Source: an uncultured Flavobacteriales bacterium
GTDB lineage: Bacteria; Bacteroidota; Bacteroidia; Flavobacteriales_D; Sanyastnellaceae
Direction of reading: 5' to 3'
DNA length: 64,000 bases
Assembly: GCA_905480095.1 (NCBI GenBank)
Contig: CAJQPF010000034.1
Location: forward strand, 2,694-66,693
The number at the start of each line of letters is the position of its first letter. Within the stretch, counting starts at the first letter, position 1. The notes under the pieces were generated by a model, which ran no database searches, had not been told where the DNA came from, and saw only the letters and a list, made by a program, of their open reading frames with translations. This document shows positions 58,713-64,000 of this stretch, one piece after another. The translations under genes and the position numbers were made by a program.

Positions 58713-59141
58713 TTACTGTTCTAAAAGTTCTGTAACAATGGACGATTTCCTAAGAAAATCGACGCCACTTGTATCTTTGTAAGCCGATTTATAGACGACT
58801 CGCTTGATTCCTGCTTGCAGAATGAGCTTTGCACAATCTCTACATGGCGAGAGCGTAATATAAAGGGTAGACCCTTCTGCTGAGTTGTGACTTCGGGCCA
58901 GTTTAGTGATGGCATTTGCCTCAGCATGCAAGACATACCAATGTGTTTGTCCTTCATCATTTTCACACTCATTTGGAAACCCACTGGGAGAACCATTATA
59001 GCCATCGGCAATAATCATCTTGTCTTTTACGATAAGAGCGCCCACATTTTTACGAGTACAATGAGAAAGTTTGGCCCACTCCTCAGCCATTTTCATATAG
59101 GCAATATCATACCTCAGTTGCTTTTTCTTCGCTTCATTCAT
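58713..59141 (-). CDS. Deoxycytidylate (dCMP) deaminase
   Basis: Zinc motifs HAEANAI and PCRDCAKLI. Size of 142 aa fits. Confidence 0.9.
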   Translation of the reverse strand: MNEAKKKQLRYDIAYMKMAEEWAKLSHCTRKNVGALIVKDKMIIADGYNGSPSGFPNECENDEGQTHWYVLHAEANAITKLARSHNSAEGSTLYITLSPCRDCAKLILQAGIKRVVYKSAYKDTSGVDFLRKSSIVTELLEQ

Positions 59142-59174
59142 TAATGCGCAAGATAATCTATGTAGTTTCGTTTT

Positions 59175-59720
59175 ATGCGTATCTATACAAGAACAGGTGA
59201 TGACGGAACTACTGGACTTTTCGGTGGCACACGTCTCTCAAAAGACGACCTTAGAATCGAAGCTTACGGCACAGTTGACGAGCTTAACACATTCATAGGC
59301 AGGTTAATAGAACATGAATCAATGAAAACACATCGTGTGTTTTTTCGAGAAATTCAATCTCAGCTTTTTCTTTTGGGGAGCCATCTGGCAACAATCGATC
59401 CTCAGATGAAAGAAAAATTACCAAAGTTTGCATCGAATACTGTTGAGGATTTTGAGAATTGGATCGATGTTGCGGATCAACAAACCCCAGATCTAAAGAA
59501 CTTCTTATTGCCAGGAGGGCATCCAGCTGTAGCTGATGCTCATATTGCTCGAGCTGTATGTAGGCGGGCCGAACGTAGATGTGTTTCACTTGCAAGAGAA
59601 CAAAAAGTTGATCCAGAACTCATTAAATATTTAAATAGGTTGTCAGATTTACTCTTTACAGCTGCAAGATTGCTTTCTCACATCACGAAGACCGAGGAAA
59701 TCGCTTGGAAAGCAAGATAA
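59175..59720 (+). CDS. PduO-type ATP:cob(I)alamin adenosyltransferase
   Basis: MRIYTRTGDDGTTGLFGG N-terminus and a helical bundle with an R..CRRAER motif. Confidence 0.9.
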   Translation: MRIYTRTGDDGTTGLFGGTRLSKDDLRIEAYGTVDELNTFIGRLIEHESMKTHRVFFREIQSQLFLLGSHLATIDPQMKEKLPKFASNTVEDFENWIDVADQQTPDLKNFLLPGGHPAVADAHIARAVCRRAERRCVSLAREQKVDPELIKYLNRLSDLLFTAARLLSHITKTEEIAWKAR

Positions 59721-59765
59721 TGTATACTTATTCCCTTTAAAACTTGCAATCAAATGAGATTCGGT

Positions 59766-59773
59766 TATTTTTG
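59766..59773 (+). promoter_or_regulatory. Candidate Bacteroidota -7 promoter box (TATTTTTG)
   Basis: Matches TAnnTTTG, 32 nt upstream of the ATG at 59805, in an 84-nt spacer. Confidence 0.35.
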
Positions 59774-59804
59774 CGCGCTATAACCTTATATAAGGAATAA
59801 AGGA

Positions 59805-60026
59805 ATGTACTGGACTCTAGAATTAGCATCTTACTTAGAAGACGCGCCTTGGCCCGCTTCTAAAGACGAACTCATCGACTTCGCTATGCGAACAGGTGCA
59901 CCTCTTGAAGTCGTTGAAAATCTTCAGGGTCTACAAGATGATGGAGAGAACTACGATACCATTGAGGACATTTGGCCTGACTACCCTTCGAAGGAGGATT
60001 TTTTCTTCAACGAAGACGAATATTAG
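59805..60026 (+). CDS. Small acidic protein, DUF2795-like
   Basis: 73 aa. YLEDAPWPASKDELIDFA pattern resembles DUF2795. The assignment is from memory only. Confidence 0.6.
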   Translation: MYWTLELASYLEDAPWPASKDELIDFAMRTGAPLEVVENLQGLQDDGENYDTIEDIWPDYPSKEDFFFNEDEY

Positions 60027-61300
60027 ACTTTTATAGCGCGTAACAAACGCCTATGCGTAGATGGATTTCTTTGTTCCATCACGATTTCCTTTCCTGCGGT
60101 TAATCGATCCATCAGCTCTGTGTGACCGTGCCTCATCGTGAGCAATTCCAAGCCCTTTTCTGTTTTCGTCCAAAAGCCATCTCCCAACCCCTCTACAAAT
60201 CGATGTCGTCTTTCTGGGTCCTCCTCGAAGACCAAATCGAATTGAACCGCAGAGTTTTCCATCATTCTGACGTGAATTCCCGATTTGTTTAGCCTGGCGA
60301 AAAGCGTTGAAAGGTGATCCTCCCCCACAAAGGAATTGTCGGCAGGACCTAAAGACAAAAGGGTAACATTGGGGCAAGAGATGTACATCGGGACCCCAGG
60401 AACCTTGCCTGGATAAGAAGCAATTCTCGTTTGAGGTGCATTTAAATCCACAAAACTTTTTACAAAAAGAGGAATGCCTTGGTTCTGGAGTGGTTTGATC
60501 GTTCTGGGATGAATCACACTGGCGCCATAGTAACTGAGTTCTAGCGCTTCTCCATAATCTAATTCTTTGATTGTTTCAGTGTGATCAAACACACGCGGGT
60601 CTGCGTTGAGCATCCCTGGAACGTCCTTCCAAATAACGACTTCTTTTGCGCCGATGGCACACGCGAGAAGCGCCGCTGAATAATCCGACCCTTCGCGACC
60701 CAAAGTCGTCGTTTTGCCCGAAGGACAACGACCTATAAACCCCTGAGTGACGATGATTCGATTCTCCATTTCCGAGAGCGCCTTCCGCAACCCCGTTCCG
60801 CTTTCATAAATGTTACGCTCATCGACTCGCGCGCTTCTGTGTTTTGAGTCCGTCAAAATGATATCTCTTGCGTCAGACCACTTCGCATCGAAGTTTTTCA
60901 TTTTCAAATACCCCGACAATACGCGCGTACTCGCATCTTCACCTGCCGCGACAAGCGCATCATATCGTGCGTCGATATCCTCTAGCTCATTTGCAGTCTT
61001 AAGCGCAGACTCAAAGATCAAGCGTAAATCAACATTGATCCCCAGTTCTCGCGCGATGGCTTCGTGAGCGTCGATGATCGCATTCATTTGGGATTGGGCA
61101 GAAACAATACCCTCTTTGGTTAAGACCCCATGCACATCCTCCAATTCATTCGTTGTTTTTCCCATCGCAGAAACGACGACGACAGCGGATCCTTGGATAT
61201 TTTGAGTTAATAGCGCACCTACATTTCTAACCGCCTCAGAATTTTTAACCGAAGCGCCACCGAATTTATGTACAACGAAATGATGGTTTTTAATTTGCAC
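60023..61300 (-). CDS. lysC: Aspartate kinase
   Basis: VHKFGGASV N-terminus, kinase core (SAMGKTTNEL, GREGSDYSAA) and a C-terminal ACT-like region. Confidence 0.9.
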   Translation of the reverse strand: MQIKNHHFVVHKFGGASVKNSEAVRNVGALLTQNIQGSAVVVVSAMGKTTNELEDVHGVLTKEGIVSAQSQMNAIIDAHEAIARELGINVDLRLIFESALKTANELEDIDARYDALVAAGEDASTRVLSGYLKMKNFDAKWSDARDIILTDSKHRSARVDERNIYESGTGLRKALSEMENRIIVTQGFIGRCPSGKTTTLGREGSDYSAALLACAIGAKEVVIWKDVPGMLNADPRVFDHTETIKELDYGEALELSYYGASVIHPRTIKPLQNQGIPLFVKSFVDLNAPQTRIASYPGKVPGVPMYISCPNVTLLSLGPADNSFVGEDHLSTLFARLNKSGIHVRMMENSAVQFDLVFEEDPERRHRFVEGLGDGFWTKTEKGLELLTMRHGHTELMDRLTAGKEIVMEQRNPSTHRRLLRAIKV

Positions 61301-61344
61301 AATGCGAAGTTACCTGAAGAAAGCCCTTGAACGTACATTGCAAT

Positions 61345-61935
61345 ATGGAATCATCACAACTTATAGATATTGCTTTAGGTATCATTCTTATTTGGGGCGC
61401 CTTCTCTGGATTCAAGAAGGGGTTTATTCTATCAATTGCATCATTTATTGCAATTGTTGCGGGAGCAATTGCGGCGTATTATGGTTCTGAGGCGATTGCT
61501 ACAGCCTTGGCCTCAGAGGTTAACTGGAGCAGTCAGGAGATTGCCGTGGCCTCCTTCGCCATTGCTTTTATCGCAGTCGTTTTGATGGTACATCTTTTGG
61601 CAAGAATTTTAGAGAAATTCATCGACTTGTTGGCTTTAGGGTTTGCGAACAAACTCTCTGGAGCCATTTTCGGAATGGCAAAAAACGCACTTCTTCTCAC
61701 GTTTGTCATTTTCGGAATTAAAGGATTCGGAGGAAAGCATATCCCTGAAAGTGTAGAGAAGAACTGCGTGATTTTTCCTGTCGTAGAATCCATTGCGCCG
61801 CTCGTCCTACCCTATTGGAAGGATTGGTCTGAGAAAACCGATCTCGAAGCACTGGAAGAAAAAGCCAAAGGAAAAATGAAAGAAGCGAAGGAAAAACTTC
61901 AAGAAACGAAAGGGGAAATAGAAGACAAACGCTGA
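61345..61935 (+). CDS. cvpA: CvpA-family membrane protein
   Basis: IDIALGIILIWGAFSGFKKGF N-terminus, four TM helices and a charged C-terminal tail. ATG at 61345 is preferred over the track TTG at 61327. Confidence 0.8.
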   Translation: MESSQLIDIALGIILIWGAFSGFKKGFILSIASFIAIVAGAIAAYYGSEAIATALASEVNWSSQEIAVASFAIAFIAVVLMVHLLARILEKFIDLLALGFANKLSGAIFGMAKNALLLTFVIFGIKGFGGKHIPESVEKNCVIFPVVESIAPLVLPYWKDWSEKTDLEALEEKAKGKMKEAKEKLQETKGEIEDKR

Positions 61936-61941
61936 GTTTTC

Positions 61942-64000
61942 TTATCCTGCACCCACAGCTTGAAACAACGCTGTCATTTGTGAGGTAAGCGCTGTTTTTT
62001 TGTCTAGGTAGTCGTCCTTTTCTTGAAGGGTGGTATTCACACTCACATAGAATTTTATCTTCGGCTCTGTACCTGAAGGGCGCACCGTAATTCGAGACCC
62101 CTTTTCTGTAACAAACTGAAGTACATTTGACTTCGGTAAATCTATATTCTTGACCTCCGAGGAAATCAGATCGTGGTTTTTCTGGGTTTCAAAATCAAGA
62201 AGTCCCACAACTTTTTCACCTGCTAGCATGCGAGGAGGTGATGATCGAAATCTAGAAATCATCTCGGAGATCTCATGTGCGCCTTCCCTGCCCATTTTCA
62301 CGATGGACACCAACCCTTCTTGATAGAGGCCATGTGTTCTATGAATCGTCTCTAGGCGGTCCAACATCGTGGTCCCGTTTTCTGCTAATGAATGTGCGAG
62401 CTCTGAGAGCACACAACACGCTGCTACCGCATCTTTATCTCTGGCTGTATCCTTGATAAGATATCCGTAACTCTCCTCTGCGCCGACAATAAAGTTTCGT
62501 CCATTCTTCGCTTCTTCTTCTGAGATTGCAGCGGCGATATGTTTAAATCCAGTGAGCGTTGTGCGCACGCCTAATCCATAACTTTCACCGATTGCAGACA
62601 AAAGGGGTGAGGTGACAACCGTCGAAGCCACAAAATCTGATGAATCGTATGCATCTCCATTGTCTCTTCCACAACGAATGACGTAATCGAAAAGCAACGC
62701 GCCAGTTTCGTTTCCATTCAGCAATTGAAATCCGCCTTCTCCATTTGGTACAGCGACCCCTACCCGATCAGCATCTGGATCTGTACCCATAACGAGTGTT
62801 GCTCCTACCTTTTTACCAAGGGAAATCGCTTCTGCTAAAGCTTGTCCCTCTTCGGGGTTGGGGCTTGATACCGTCGGGAAATTTCCGTCAGGTGCAGACT
62901 GAGACATGACCTCGTGCACATTTGAAAAACCAAACGCCTTTAAAGCAGGCGGGACACTTACAGATCCTGCACCATGTAAACCTGTATAAACCAGACATGA
63001 TTCTGAACCGTTTTCTTTCAGGGAAACTGAACGTCTTAATTCCAGAATTGCATTGAGATATCCTTCATCCTGTTCTGGTCCGAGCAAGGTGATCAAGTCC
63101 TCAGATGCGATCTCTCCAGAAACGAGTTTTACTTCGGAAAGTGATTTTATTTTTCGAACCTCTTCGATGATGGCAGAGTCGTGGGGAGATACGATTTGGC
63201 CTCCATCCTCCCAATACACTTTGTATCCATTATACTCTGGAGGATTATGTGATGCCGTCACAACGACACCTGCCACGCATTCTAAGTGCCTGACTGTCCA
63301 ACTCAATTGAGGGGTGGACCTTAATTCTGGATATAATAAGGCTTGGATGCCATTCCCTGCCAAAACCCTCGCTGTAACCTCTGCAAATTCATAGCTTTGA
63401 TGTCGACAATCATATGCGATGGCTACTTTTAAAGGTGTTGACGTATGTGTTTTCGTTTTTTTGATGTAATTCACGAGGCCTTGAGTGGCACCCGAGATCA
63501 CAGCCGCGTTGATGCGGTTTGTACCAGGGCCACAAATTCCCCGCATCCCACCCGTTCCAAAAGCGATATCCTTGTGAAAGGCCTCTATCAAAAGATCTTC
63601 TTTATTTTCCGACAACCACATCCCCACTGTCTCTCTCGTTTCCTTATCGTATGGTGCTTGAGACCAAACCTCTGCACGTCTTCTTACGCTCTCTAGCTCG
63701 CTCCCCACACACATTTTTAAGGATTCTTTCCACGTTCGTTTTTCAAGATTTAATAACGTCTGAAGATGCTTTCCGCCGAGATGAGAATGGGCCGGTCTGA
63801 CTGCACGTGTAGGGTATTCAGAGGTTGTAATCCCCACCACTTCAACATTCATGTCTAATGCTTCAAATATCGCTCTGGCAAAAGAGGCCCAACACGTGAC
63901 GCCCTCATCGCTAAAGTGCAATACCCCAGGCTTCACATCCCCACCTTTGAGAATAAGTTTACGCAAGGCCTCTGACAAAGACCCCGCATAAGTTGGCGTT
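61942..64000 (-). CDS. Phosphohexomutase (phosphoglucomutase/phosphomannomutase), in frame with the C-terminal end of an RmlD-like dTDP-4-dehydrorhamnose reductase; 5' end runs off the window
   Basis: Phosphoserine loop TASHNPPEYNGYK, Mg loop GTDPDADRVG, sugar loop GAEESYGY and phosphate loop RPSGTEPKIKFY. Upstream residues in the same frame (HFSDEGVTCWASFARAIFE...SEYPTRAVRPAHS...WKESLK) look like an RmlD C-terminus. The frame is open to position 64000. Confidence 0.8.
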   Translation of the reverse strand, partial: TPTYAGSLSEALRKLILKGGDVKPGVLHFSDEGVTCWASFARAIFEALDMNVEVVGITTSEYPTRAVRPAHSHLGGKHLQTLLNLEKRTWKESLKMCVGSELESVRRRAEVWSQAPYDKETRETVGMWLSENKEDLLIEAFHKDIAFGTGGMRGICGPGTNRINAAVISGATQGLVNYIKKTKTHTSTPLKVAIAYDCRHQSYEFAEVTARVLAGNGIQALLYPELRSTPQLSWTVRHLECVAGVVVTASHNPPEYNGYKVYWEDGGQIVSPHDSAIIEEVRKIKSLSEVKLVSGEIASEDLITLLGPEQDEGYLNAILELRRSVSLKENGSESCLVYTGLHGAGSVSVPPALKAFGFSNVHEVMSQSAPDGNFPTVSSPNPEEGQALAEAISLGKKVGATLVMGTDPDADRVGVAVPNGEGGFQLLNGNETGALLFDYVIRCGRDNGDAYDSSDFVASTVVTSPLLSAIGESYGLGVRTTLTGFKHIAAAISEEEAKNGRNFIVGAEESYGYLIKDTARDKDAVAACCVLSELAHSLAENGTTMLDRLETIHRTHGLYQEGLVSIVKMGREGAHEISEMISRFRSSPPRMLAGEKVVGLLDFETQKNHDLISSEVKNIDLPKSNVLQFVTEKGSRITVRPSGTEPKIKFYVSVNTTLQEKDDYLDKKTALTSQMTALFQAVGAG

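Noticed and set aside
59142-61326. Riboswitches upstream of the PduO-type adenosyltransferase (cobalamin) and lysC (lysine). The same question applies to the Cys/Met PLP gene at 44014 and to ribE.
   Set aside because: The upstream spacers are about 25-35 nt, and for ribE they are occupied by the neighbouring gene. That is far too short for any known riboswitch aptamer.

Overview
This window looks like gap-poor core chromosome from a Bacteroidota bacterium, probably Flavobacteriia-like. Four things support that placement: a type-B T9SS C-terminal sorting domain, a DUF5686/CarboxypepD_reg protein, TAnnTTTG -7 promoter boxes, and almost no Shine-Dalgarno sequences. Kynurenine 3-monooxygenase and the pdxA-yceD-rpmF-fabH-accB-accC synteny fit too.

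I support about 61 CDS, one tRNA-Pro(GGG), one clear rho-independent terminator after rpmF, and a few candidate promoters. Most genes are housekeeping:
- Translation and RNA: pheS, pheT, rpmF, rbfA, hflX, dusB.
- Fatty-acid synthesis: fabH, accB, accC.
- Cofactors and isoprenoid: ribE, pdxA, panD, ispD, PduO-type adenosyltransferase.
- Envelope and export: kdsD, lptB, tatC, LolE-like permease.
- Other: recQ, gdhA, lysC, SOD.

I found no CRISPR array, transposase, integrase, phage genes, recognisable defence genes or long DNA repeats. The only intergenic gaps above about 100 nt are 1076-1207, 5417-5639 (holds the tRNA), 32687-32866 and 40803-40978.

I cannot point to a convincing new system. 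The best candidates for a second look are:
1. An in-frame RmlD-to-phosphohexomutase junction at the right edge.
2. A Pho-type two-component system followed by a PiT-like carrier and an ACR3 arsenite pump, with no ArsR or ArsC.
3. An orphan radical SAM/SPASM enzyme paired divergently with a Cys-rich DUF3109 protein and followed by a 638-aa barrel-like secreted protein.
4. A 1082-aa envelope protein combining PD40/TolB repeats with an Omp85-like C-terminal barrel.

All functional calls rest on motifs read by eye from the ORF translations. No database search was run.
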